A stretch of 64,000 bases of DNA from an uncultured virus (IMG/VR IMGVR_UViG_3300025003_000394) (IMGVR_UViG_3300025003_000394); one strand, 5' to 3'. Numbered from the stretch's first letter, positions 21,473 to 29,860 are shown. Made by a program: numbers and translations. Notes: generated by a model from the letters alone, not told the origin.

Positions 21473-22129
21473 CTAAACAACTATTTTTTTAATCATTTTC
21501 AATGATTTATTGCAATCATTCCCAACAGTATTTTTAAAATTAATTGCATCATTAATTTCATTTTGAATACTTTCTTGTTCAGCATTAAGCTCTTCATTTT
21601 CCACTTGAATCTCCTGTATAATCTCATAAGCCTTCTTAATCTTAATGATGGCAGTTTTCTTGCAATCCTGATTAGGAGTTAATTTAAAGATTTCTGTCCA
21701 ATAGTAATAAGCTTGTTGAGCATTATGATGATTAACATTAGTGTAGAATGAAAATGAGAAATTGTTTTTAACTGTTGTAATAATGGAGTTACTGTCAAAA
21801 TTAAGCATTTTTTTAATAATAATATGTGTCATATAACCAGATAGGTTTGAAATAAAAGGAAATTTCGGAAATGAAAATGCAGATTGATACTTACATTTAA
21901 TTGATACATCAGTACAGAAGCTAGAAAGAATTACAATGATATATATTGGGATTAATTTGGGCAAACAATAGATTGAGTAAGCAACTAAAGAAAAAACAAT
22001 AACCGAAAATAATAATTCAGATAAAAATATTTTTTTAAAGACTGAAGATGCAATTTTGGAATCACTGTTTTCTAAGCTTATTGCTAAATTAATTTGATTT
22101 TTTAGTATTTTTTTATTAGAATTATGCAT
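21473..22129 (-). CDS. Two-TM membrane protein
   Basis: Two hydrophobic helices near the N-terminus; AGGAG RBS. Confidence 0.6.
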   Translation of the reverse strand: MHNSNKKILKNQINLAISLENSDSKIASSVFKKIFLSELLFSVIVFSLVAYSIYCLPKLIPIYIIVILSSFCTDVSIKCKYQSAFSFPKFPFISNLSGYMTHIIIKKMLNFDSNSIITTVKNNFSFSFYTNVNHHNAQQAYYYWTEIFKLTPNQDCKKTAIIKIKKAYEIIQEIQVENEELNAEQESIQNEINDAINFKNTVGNDCNKSLKMIKKIVV

Positions 22130-22208
22130 TACTTTTTATTCTCCTTTAATTACTATGTAATTATATATATATTCGATTAATGATATCATGTACTGAGTTA
22201 TTAATCAA

Positions 22209-22259
22209 TAGCTTCCTATAGGCAATAAATTACCGAGGATTCTCGTTCACATTCTTAAA
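22209..22259 (-). repeat. Dispersed ~50-bp palindromic repeat, copy B
   Basis: Reverse complement TTTAAGAATGTGAACGAGAATCCTCGGTAATTTATTGCCTATAGGAAGC. Confidence 0.85.
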
Positions 22260-22299
22260 GTTGGTAATAAAGATTTTAATTCAATAAAGTGGAAAAATA

Positions 22300-22328
22300 T
22301 TGACAAATAAAATAAAATGTGAAATAAT
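22300..22328 (+). promoter_or_regulatory. Sigma70-type promoter P1 of attenuator module 1
   Basis: TTGACA, 17 nt, AATAAT preceded by TGA. Confidence 0.6.
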
Positions 22329-22371
22329 ATGTAATATTAAAGTTAAAAACCAATAAAAAAGGAATAAAAAA

Positions 22372-22419
22372 ATGAAAAATAATGTAGCACGATTATTACT
22401 GGCACTCTTATTAGATTAA
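22372..22419 (+). CDS. Leu-rich leader peptide 1 (MKNNVARLLLALLLD)
   Basis: AAGGA RBS; 6 Leu codons (TTA TTA CTG, CTC TTA TTA); followed by hairpin and terminator. Confidence 0.8.
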   Translation: MKNNVARLLLALLLD

Positions 22420-22513
22420 TTCCCTGACTCCTTTTTGGAAGACTGGGAAATAGTCCAGTCTTCTTGTGCAGAAATATCGCCCTTGAAGATAATATTCTTT
22501 AAGGGTTTTTTTT
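22420..22513 (+). terminator. Attenuator 1: upstream hairpin plus intrinsic terminator
   Basis: GAAGACTGG/CCAGTCTTC hairpin (22438-22463); CCCTTGAAGA/TCTTTAAGGG + T8 (22480-22513). Confidence 0.8.
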
Positions 22514-22589
22514 GCATTTTAATTAATGAGGGGATACTGCAAACTAGACATAAGTTATTGAAAAATAAGAAAAAAAATAAAAAAAAGTA

Positions 22590-22618
22590 TTGACAAGTAA
22601 GGAAATGTATGAGATAGT
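22590..22618 (+). promoter_or_regulatory. Sigma70-type promoter P2 of attenuator module 2
   Basis: A-rich UP-like tract, TTGACA, 17 nt, GATAGT preceded by TGA. Confidence 0.6.
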
Positions 22619-22665
22619 GTTTAGTAGAGAAATTAATAAATTACCCCATAAAGGAAATAAATAAA

Positions 22666-22707
22666 ATGAATAATAAGAGCCTCACAAAATTATTACTATT
22701 GACATAA
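22666..22707 (+). CDS. Leu-rich leader peptide 2 (MNNKSLTKLLLLT)
   Basis: AAGGA RBS; CTC then tandem TTA TTA CTA TTG just before the stop. Confidence 0.85.
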   Translation: MNNKSLTKLLLLT

Positions 22708-22793
22708 TATCTAGCCTACAAAAGATGGCTAGATATAAATCTAGTCTTCTTGAAATTAAAAACCTCTTGAAGAATATTTAAGAGGTTTTTTTT
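22708..22793 (+). terminator. Attenuator 2: mutually exclusive hairpins plus intrinsic terminator just upstream of the first tRNA
   Basis: TATCTAGCC(22708-16)/GGCTAGATA(22727-35) competes with GGCTAGAT/ATCTAGTC(22739-46); terminator CCTCTTGAA/TTTAAGAGG + T8. Confidence 0.85.
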
Positions 22794-22805
22794 ATATAAA
22801 ATAAT

Positions 22806-22886
22806 GCGGGTGTACGCAAATTGGTAAAGCGACAAGACTTAAAATCTTGTGATTGTTTGAGAGTTCGAATCTCTCTGCCCGTACCA
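22806..22886 (+). tRNA. tRNA-Leu(TAA)
   Basis: Cloverleaf; CAAGA-CTTAAAA-TCTTG anticodon arm, GAGAG-TTCGAAT-CTCTC T arm, A73, encoded CCA. Confidence 0.9.
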
Positions 22887-22922
22887 AATTTAGTTTGAGA
22901 AGTAATGAATATTATAGATAAT

Positions 22923-23003
22923 GCGGGTGTACGCAAATTGGTAAAGCGACAAGACTTAAAATCTTGTGATTGTTTGAGAGTTCGAATCTCTCTGCCCGTA
23001 CCA
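22923..23003 (+). tRNA. tRNA-Leu(TAA)
   Basis: Identical to copy 1. Confidence 0.9.
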
Positions 23004-23039
23004 AATTTAGTTTGAGAAGTGAAGAATATTGTAAATAAT

Positions 23040-23120
23040 GCGGGTGTACGCAAATTGGTAAAGCGGCAATGCTAAGAACATTGTGATTGTTTGAGAGTTC
23101 GATTCTCTCTTCCCGTACCA
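23040..23120 (+). tRNA. tRNA-Leu(AAG)
   Basis: CAATG-CTAAGAA-CATTG anticodon arm; ACCA end. Confidence 0.85.
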
Positions 23121-23156
23121 AATTTAGTTTGAGAAGTAATGAATGTTATAGATAAT

Positions 23157-23237
23157 GCGGGTGTACGCAAATTGGCAAAGCGGCAAGACTTAGGATCTTG
23201 TGATTGTTTGAGAGTTCGAATCTCTCTTCCCGTACCA
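23157..23237 (+). tRNA. tRNA-Leu(TAG)
   Basis: CAAGA-CTTAGGA-TCTTG anticodon arm with G37; ACCA end. Confidence 0.9.
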
Positions 23238-23273
23238 AATTTAGTTTGAGAAGTAATGAATATTATAGATAAT

Positions 23274-23354
23274 GCGGGTGTACGCAAATTGGCAAAGCGG
23301 CAAGACTTAGGATCTTGTGATTGTTTGAGAGTTCGAATCTCTCTTCCCGTACCA
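23274..23354 (+). tRNA. tRNA-Leu(TAG)
   Basis: Identical to copy 4. Confidence 0.9.
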
Positions 23355-23390
23355 AATTTAGTTTGAGAAGTGAAGAATATTGTAAATAAT

Positions 23391-23471
23391 GCGGGTGTAC
23401 GCAAATTGGTAAAGCGGCAATGCTCAAAACATTGTGATTGTTTGAGAGTTCGATTCTCTCTGCCCGTACCA
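23391..23471 (+). tRNA. tRNA-Leu(CAA)
   Basis: CAATG-CTCAAAA-CATTG anticodon arm; ACCA end. Confidence 0.9.
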
Positions 23472-23535
23472 AATTTAGTTTGAGATTGCACGTATATTTT
23501 GGACGAAATAATAGAGTCAAAAAAATAAAGAAGTT

Positions 23536-23922
23536 TTGGATTTATGTTTAAATGAAATGAATATACAAGAGATTTCATTTGATTTATTAGTTAAGGCATT
23601 AGAAGACGAAAACATTTTTTGTACATTGATAAATTACTACTACAACAATAACTGCCCGTTATTATTAACTAAAGATAATAGTCAGACTCTTGTACGGTTA
23701 TTTAAAATGTTGGTTAAGAAAAATAATGATAAAATGTGGCAAAAAACACTGGGTGTAAAGTATATCAGTCGTTTAATTCCACAGGCTTGTTTGGTCGATT
23801 TATATAAAAAGGGAAATATGAAAATATTAGATTTTGCATTAAGCAAAAAAGAGGTTAGAGAATCAGTATTGAGAAACAATACTAAGGAGTTAGCTCCATA
23901 TCTTAAATTAAAAGATTTTTAA
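23536..23922 (+). CDS. Hypothetical protein, KLKDF tail
   Basis: ORF ending with the family tail; likely start ATG at 23557. Confidence 0.55.
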   Translation: MDLCLNEMNIQEISFDLLVKALEDENIFCTLINYYYNNNCPLLLTKDNSQTLVRLFKMLVKKNNDKMWQKTLGVKYISRLIPQACLVDLYKKGNMKILDFALSKKEVRESVLRNNTKELAPYLKLKDF

Positions 23923-24013
23923 TAACAATTAATTAAAATTAATTATAAAAATAGTGTAATCAATGATATAGTGGCAAGGTAAGTAAAATTAAACTAATTA
24001 TGAGGAATTAATA

Positions 24014-24331
24014 ATGAAAAACAAAATGTTATTAGGTGCTACAGTGATCGCAGTAATGTCTATGATGGGTTCAGCAACGGCTGAAGATTTGGTTAAGCCA
24101 GCATTATTTGGCCTATGTGAGTCTTGTCATGGTGTAGGTGCTAAATCGACAATGGATGGTTATCCAACGTTAGCAGGGCAAAATAAACTTTACTTAATTA
24201 ATAGTATTAACGCTTATAAAAATGGAGAGCGAAGTGGTGGGCTTTCTGCATTAATGATCCCAATGTCAAAAATGATGGCAGATGATGCAAGTGTAGAAGA
24301 AATGGCGACCTATCTCAATAGCTTAAAATAG
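24014..24331 (+). CDS. Periplasmic class I cytochrome c (c553/c4-like)
   Basis: Signal peptide, CESCH haem motif, YPTLAGQ..YL, distal Met; GAGG RBS. Confidence 0.92.
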   Translation: MKNKMLLGATVIAVMSMMGSATAEDLVKPALFGLCESCHGVGAKSTMDGYPTLAGQNKLYLINSINAYKNGERSGGLSALMIPMSKMMADDASVEEMATYLNSLK

Positions 24332-24604
24332 ATTTATATGTTCAGGTAAATATTAAAAGCCCACTTAAGACTATATAGTAAAAACTATATATATCAGTGA
24401 GTGAGTGAGTTCTAACCCTGCATTAGCGGGGCTTTTTAATGTAAGTCGATTATACACAGTGTGTTTATTGGATATGTATAATCAATCAAGCGAAAATTTG
24501 TTATTTTGAAATTGCACTTGAACAGATGTTTTGCAGGATAAAGAGCAATAACGGCAATACATAATGCATAGAATACACTGTATATCCGATTGTTCTCATG
24601 CCAT

Positions 24605-24628
24605 AAAAAAGGCCACTAAAAGTGGCCT
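24605..24628 (-). terminator. Intrinsic terminator
   Basis: AGGCCACT-TTT-AGTGGCCT followed by a T-run on the minus strand. Confidence 0.6.
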
Positions 24629-24688
24629 GAATACACATTATACACACTGAAAGTTACTGTATATAAAAATTTTGGGCTTTTTTTATTT

Positions 24689-25414
24689 TTAAAATAAATT
24701 AATTTTGTGTGACATTACATATTTGTAGTATTTTTCTTTAAATACATTATTTGAGACAGAGGTAAAACAAGGGTAATTAATAATAATAAAATTATTGTGA
24801 TCATTATTTATTAATAATTCGAGAAAGTCAAACTTATCAAAAATTGGGTAATAAAAACTCCTACTTTTTTTAATTGCATTATTTTGCAAATTAAAAGTAG
24901 ATTCAAAAACAGAAAAATCAAAATTATCAAAACAACTTAGTGCTTTAAAGTTTTTGTGTATAAGACTAATTTGTTTGTTTAATTTTTTTTCGTCTAAATG
25001 AAAACCATCAGTTAAAATTTTGGATAAAATAACTGCAATTGTCTTGCCTGAAATTGGGTAATGTTGATTGATGATTTCAATGTTTTTTAGGAGAACATTA
25101 TCAGATTTCTCTAATTTATCAAAAATAACTTCTTTATCAATAACAAGATCTTTATCGTTTAAAATAAGATCAATAATATATGTGTAGCGAGAATTTAATG
25201 CAAAACGAAATAAATCATAGATATAGTCAGTCATATAATTTTTATCATTTATATGTTTTTTAGAGAAATTATACATAAAGAAAAATGATTCTTTTCTATG
25301 ACGATATGCTCCTTTTTGAGTAATTCTACTTAACTGGCCTAAATCAAGCGTCTCAATTTTAATAAGAAGTGCAGAAAGATCATTAGCAGAAATAATTTTG
25401 TTAGCGCTTGACAT
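24689..25414 (-). CDS. Hypothetical protein, KINLF tail
   Basis: Paralog of 25485..26213 (YRHRKESF, PCFT). Confidence 0.7.
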   Translation of the reverse strand: MSSANKIISANDLSALLIKIETLDLGQLSRITQKGAYRHRKESFFFMYNFSKKHINDKNYMTDYIYDLFRFALNSRYTYIIDLILNDKDLVIDKEVIFDKLEKSDNVLLKNIEIINQHYPISGKTIAVILSKILTDGFHLDEKKLNKQISLIHKNFKALSCFDNFDFSVFESTFNLQNNAIKKSRSFYYPIFDKFDFLELLINNDHNNFIIINYPCFTSVSNNVFKEKYYKYVMSHKINLF

Positions 25415-25484
25415 AGAGTTCTTATTGTCCTTGTTAGTAATAGGTATATTATAATATCATGAAAAAGAAAACAAATCAACTAAT

Positions 25485-26213
25485 TTAAAATGAATGAATT
25501 TTTTGAGAAATAACATATTGTAAGTACTGTGCTTTGTATTTTTCAGATCCCAAAATAAATGTAAAGCAAGGGAAATTATTAGTGATGAAATGACTGAATT
25601 TATTTTTAATTAAAAAATCAAGAAAATTAAGTTTTGTATAAATTAATTTAGAGAATCCATAAGTTTGCATCTTAGTAAATTCAGTATGAAATATAGATTC
25701 AAAATTAGAAATATCGAAGTTGGGAAGTGAGGTAATTAATTGTCCAATTTGATATACATCCTTAATATCTTTCATTAGTTCCTCATTATTTACCGCATAT
25801 ACATGACCCAGTAATGTTTTTGATAAGATAAGACTAAGAAATCGAGTTGGTAAAGTGAATCGCTGATTGATATACCTAATGACTCGAAGGTATGTAAATC
25901 TTGATTTTTTTAGTGAAATAAATGCATATTGTTCAATAAAGGTAAAATCAGTGTCATTTAAAATAAGTTCAATAATATATAAATGGTTTTTGTTAACTGC
26001 AAAATCAAATAACATGGCGATATAATTTTCTATATAATTATTTTCATTTTTGTATTTTTTTGAAAATTCATAAATAAAGTGAAAAGACTCTTTTCTGTGA
26101 CGATAAACGCATTTCTGACTGATATTCAAAAGTTCGATTAGACTCATAGTTTGGATTTTACTAAGAATTTCTGGAAAATTATTGTCTGAAATCATCTTAT
26201 TGATATTAGTCAT
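25485..26213 (-). CDS. Hypothetical protein, KIHSF tail
   Basis: Paralog of 24689..25414. Confidence 0.7.
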   Translation of the reverse strand: MTNINKMISDNNFPEILSKIQTMSLIELLNISQKCVYRHRKESFHFIYEFSKKYKNENNYIENYIAMLFDFAVNKNHLYIIELILNDTDFTFIEQYAFISLKKSRFTYLRVIRYINQRFTLPTRFLSLILSKTLLGHVYAVNNEELMKDIKDVYQIGQLITSLPNFDISNFESIFHTEFTKMQTYGFSKLIYTKLNFLDFLIKNKFSHFITNNFPCFTFILGSEKYKAQYLQYVISQKIHSF

Positions 26214-26346
26214 GAAGCTACCATTATGTTAGAATTTATAGAGTAATTATAGGTGAAGCATAATATAAAGTCAAATATATTATTACAAGAGTTGCAAGAG
26301 TAAGTATGCGATGTTATAATGTTTTTTTTATATTGGAGTAAGCCAA

Positions 26347-28395
26347 ATGCTAAATGCTTTATTATTTATTTTATCATTTTTTTATTTAATAATGGAATAC
26401 CTATTTAATGTAAGTTTAGTCAGCATGGTAGGGCAAGATACAATTCAAATATATCGAGATGTTGATTATATTGGGAGATTAATTTCATCATTTGGTGCCT
26501 CATTGCTATGCTTAAGGTTATTTACTGGAGTAAAGCTGACAAGAAGTATGAAAATTATAGTTACCGCTTTACTGCCTATTGTTTTTACAGGCACATATCT
26601 TATTCAAAAAGAATTATTGGATTATATTACTGAAGTAACACCTATGGAAAGTAAGCGTGGGCAAGCATATACCTATATTTATAAAAAGGGTGTAGCTAAT
26701 GGATCTCTAAAATTTGAAGGCACTCCAAAAGAGAAATCTCTCGAAGAAGAACATGTTTTTAACTCATCTATAATTTATTGGGGTGTTGGTTATCCAAAAT
26801 TTATTGAAGAAACAAAATCTCTTTCAGAAAAAGAAATATTAAATAACACCAGTAAAGTATTCGATAGAGATTTTAATAAAAATATGAAGTATTATAAAAT
26901 ACCTTATATTGCTGCAGATTTACAAATTCAATCACTTTATAATTCTTATAAATCTCATCATGAGAGAATTCAAGAGTCAAGAAAGTATGCTGATAGAGAA
27001 ATTGATAAGGCTTGGAGTGAGAAAATAAAATTTGAGGAAAAATTATTAAGAAAATATGACAGTATTCGAAAAAGAACTCATGCAAAAGCGGCACAATCAT
27101 TAAGAAGTGGGATGTTTAGGAAATCTGTTGCTAATGATATAATGAGTAACTATTATTTTTTAGCAGGATGTAGCTCTCAGCACTGCTATGAGAATTCTAT
27201 AAAAATGTTAAAAAGATATAATGAAGCCTTTAAAAAAGGTAACGATTTGCAGAGGGCAAAGGGGTTAAAGGCATATGATTATGATTATACGGTTGAGAAA
27301 AACTGTAGTTTATCAATGGATAAAGGAAGGAATAAATTTATTAATAAAAATCTTCCAGAACACGAAGATTATAATATTGATAGAAAATCCTCATTTAATA
27401 AATTTTCGAAATACAATACAATAAAATGCAGTGTCGATTTTAGACCTGTGCAAAGTTTAATTATTGATAGAATGTATGAACGATTAACAGAAAGTACTTA
27501 TATTGTTGATTTTAGCGCAAGAAACAAGGCTGAGTTTGCTAAATCACAAGCTTCTTCTGATTCTATAAGTTACGCTATTTTTGAACAATCAGGTGTAAAA
27601 ATGCCAAAAAACTGGAATAGAAATAATAAAGAAGCATTTTATGAAGCATTTTATGAAGCATTTAAGCAGAATAAACTAGGTGATCAATATGGAATTCTTA
27701 AAGAAAAGTTGAAAGAAAAATTTGGCTTTGACGTCCCATTAAACCTAACTAAGAAACAATTTTATTCACTTCCTAAAATGAGAGAATTAATTAAAGATAT
27801 TGCAGGTGTTTTTTACATAGATGATTATGAGGCAAAAGGGTATAATAATTTTGAAATACAAAAATGGAAAACACTTTATAGGGAAAAAATGTATAATGGT
27901 TTTAAAATGGAGATGCAATTAGATGAGAACTTTAAAGAGCATTTTAAAAATCATTTAGGTAGTTCATTGGCAAGTTATTTTATTGAAGAAAAAAATAAAA
28001 ATAATGAGTATGTAGATAAAATTTTTAAAGCAACCGTTGTTCCTATTATTGCTATTTTGTTCTCGTTATTTTTTGGAATAATTAATTTTGCATTTATTTT
28101 AAAAGACATAGTGTGTTTTATATTAAAAGTTGTGGATAGAAAGAAGCAAATGTTTGTTGGAGCAGTGTTGTCGGCATTACTTTTGACATCTCCTTTATTG
28201 ATTGGCAATAGTTATACTGATAGTGACTATTTTAATGAGGTGATTTACCCTTCAATGAGTTCTGATAGTAAAGTGGGTGCAATAGTATATAAATGGTTCT
28301 TAAATACGGAAATAATAGTGTATTCAACAACAGGCTTATACTTTGTAGAACCAAAGTTTTTTGTAAGTGACAATGAGTCAATGTTGAGTAATTAA
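26347..28395 (+). CDS. Large membrane protein (N- and C-terminal TM segments, large soluble middle)
   Basis: 682 aa with hydrophobic clusters at both ends; GGAG RBS. Confidence 0.7.
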   Translation: MLNALLFILSFFYLIMEYLFNVSLVSMVGQDTIQIYRDVDYIGRLISSFGASLLCLRLFTGVKLTRSMKIIVTALLPIVFTGTYLIQKELLDYITEVTPMESKRGQAYTYIYKKGVANGSLKFEGTPKEKSLEEEHVFNSSIIYWGVGYPKFIEETKSLSEKEILNNTSKVFDRDFNKNMKYYKIPYIAADLQIQSLYNSYKSHHERIQESRKYADREIDKAWSEKIKFEEKLLRKYDSIRKRTHAKAAQSLRSGMFRKSVANDIMSNYYFLAGCSSQHCYENSIKMLKRYNEAFKKGNDLQRAKGLKAYDYDYTVEKNCSLSMDKGRNKFINKNLPEHEDYNIDRKSSFNKFSKYNTIKCSVDFRPVQSLIIDRMYERLTESTYIVDFSARNKAEFAKSQASSDSISYAIFEQSGVKMPKNWNRNNKEAFYEAFYEAFKQNKLGDQYGILKEKLKEKFGFDVPLNLTKKQFYSLPKMRELIKDIAGVFYIDDYEAKGYNNFEIQKWKTLYREKMYNGFKMEMQLDENFKEHFKNHLGSSLASYFIEEKNKNNEYVDKIFKATVVPIIAILFSLFFGIINFAFILKDIVCFILKVVDRKKQMFVGAVLSALLLTSPLLIGNSYTDSDYFNEVIYPSMSSDSKVGAIVYKWFLNTEIIVYSTTGLYFVEPKFFVSDNESMLSN

Positions 28396-28586
28396 TTATG
28401 CAACATTTATTTTGCACTATATCAGTTATTTTTCTGATGTAGTGTAAAAAAAATATCTACAAAAGGATGAATAAGTTGGAAGAAAATTTTGATGAATTAT
28501 TAAAAAATAATAATAAAGAACTAGATTCAATCTTGAAAAAAGATAGTGTAGAGGATTTTTTAATTTTTTAAAATAATAATCAGCAA

Positions 28587-29852
28587 ATGGTACTAAAAGA
28601 TAGTTTGTTATTTTATTTTATCGAAAAGTGCAATAGTGATAAAATACTAAAATCTATTTTAGGTAATAATAAGCTGGATTTTCATTCTGCGTATGTCAAC
28701 TCATTAAAGTATAGTGTAAAAACAAAAAATGTAGAAGCGGTAATAGGGCTGTTGAAAAATAAGAGATATTCTGGCTCAGAACCCGAAGAGTTAATATTGG
28801 AAGCTATAAAGTTAGATTCCAAATGCATTGTAGGGCTACTAATAAATAATTCAGTAATAAGTGAGAGTGTAAAGAGACGGTCACTATTAATGTCTGTTAA
28901 TAATGAAGAAATGTTTGAGTTTGTTATTAATAGCATTAAGGTGATTAATGAAAGTAATCAGGCTGTGCTAGAAAAAATAAGTAGGGAAGGCAATGTAGGT
29001 GTTGTGAAAATATTTCTAAAAAATATTGTGGATATAAAAAAAATTAATATAAAATATGCGTTAAAAATAGCAATTAACTCTAATAATAGAGAAATCGCAA
29101 TGTTATTGATATTAAATAAATACTTTAATATAAAATATGGCAATCAAGTTATTTTACCATTATTATTAACTACGGAACATCAGGATTTAGTGGATTTAAG
29201 TGAATTGATATTGCCTCTATTAATTACTAATGGGGATCATTATTTAGTAAATTTATTACTGAAAAGCAATAAAAATCTTTCTTCTGATAAATCAAAATAT
29301 AGATCTTTATTGCATTACACTATATATGTTAATGATATTGATATGGTAAAATTATTAATAAATGAAGAAGGCATTTGTTGTGAGCATTGGGACAAAGATT
29401 TTGTAATAAAAAGCATTGATGAAGGACTTGATTATATTATTGGTTTATTGGAAGACGATAGGTGTGATATTAAGTTTTTTAGTCCAAAAGAAGACGCATT
29501 AAGTGCGCTAATTATTAACTCAAATATAGAACAAATTATTAAAATATTAAAAAAGGATACAAAGATTAATAGTCGAAATATAGAAAAGATTATTTTTGAA
29601 GCTATTATGGTAGGAAATATTAATATTATTGATTACCTATTTAATAATAATTGTTTTTTAGAATATAAAAAGATGGATAATGTATGTTTGCTTGCATTAA
29701 GAATTTGTAGTGAAAATGATAAAATTGGATCTTCTGTACTGAATTGTCTTTGGGGGAAAAAGAATCTAGTTGAAGTGTGTAAAAATAGGGATATTAAAGT
29801 ATTTAATGAGTTAGCGATGTTTGTGCTGAAAAATAAAATAATTGGTTTTTGA
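28587..29852 (+). CDS. Ankyrin-like repeat protein, KIIGF tail
   Basis: SREGNVGVVKIFL, AINSNNREIAMLL, AIMVGNINIIDYL. Confidence 0.7.
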   Translation: MVLKDSLLFYFIEKCNSDKILKSILGNNKLDFHSAYVNSLKYSVKTKNVEAVIGLLKNKRYSGSEPEELILEAIKLDSKCIVGLLINNSVISESVKRRSLLMSVNNEEMFEFVINSIKVINESNQAVLEKISREGNVGVVKIFLKNIVDIKKINIKYALKIAINSNNREIAMLLILNKYFNIKYGNQVILPLLLTTEHQDLVDLSELILPLLITNGDHYLVNLLLKSNKNLSSDKSKYRSLLHYTIYVNDIDMVKLLINEEGICCEHWDKDFVIKSIDEGLDYIIGLLEDDRCDIKFFSPKEDALSALIINSNIEQIIKILKKDTKINSRNIEKIIFEAIMVGNINIIDYLFNNNCFLEYKKMDNVCLLALRICSENDKIGSSVLNCLWGKKNLVEVCKNRDIKVFNELAMFVLKNKIIGF

Positions 29853-29860
29853 GGTAAGAA

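Larger units (their letters stand above)
22801..23484 (+). repeat. 117-bp tandem repeat (6 units: tRNA + 36-nt spacer)
   Basis: tRNA starts at 22806, 22923, 23040, 23157, 23274, 23391, an exact 117-nt period. Confidence 0.95.

Noticed and set aside
22300..22800. T-box riboswitch
   Set aside because: No T-box consensus or stem I seen; RBS-led Leu-rich ORFs fit ribosome-mediated attenuation better
23157..23354. Amber suppressor tRNAs or stop-codon recoding
   Set aside because: TAG here is the anticodon (reads CUA, Leu); a suppressor would be CTA. Conserved genes are intact under the standard code and TAG, TAA and TGA all act as stops
22801..23484. CRISPR array
   Set aside because: The whole 117-bp unit repeats, there are no unique spacers, units fold as tRNAs, and no cas genes are present
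22778..23578. Repetitive minus-strand ORFs (22778..23053, 22912..23121, 23072..23578, 23263..23520)
   Set aside because: Antisense translations of the tRNA tandem array
24655..24675. LexA box (CTGTATATAAAAA...)
   Set aside because: The right-half CAG is missing
27631..27663. 12-bp tandem repeat (EAFY units) in the large membrane protein
   Set aside because: Minor in-frame slippage with no further structure
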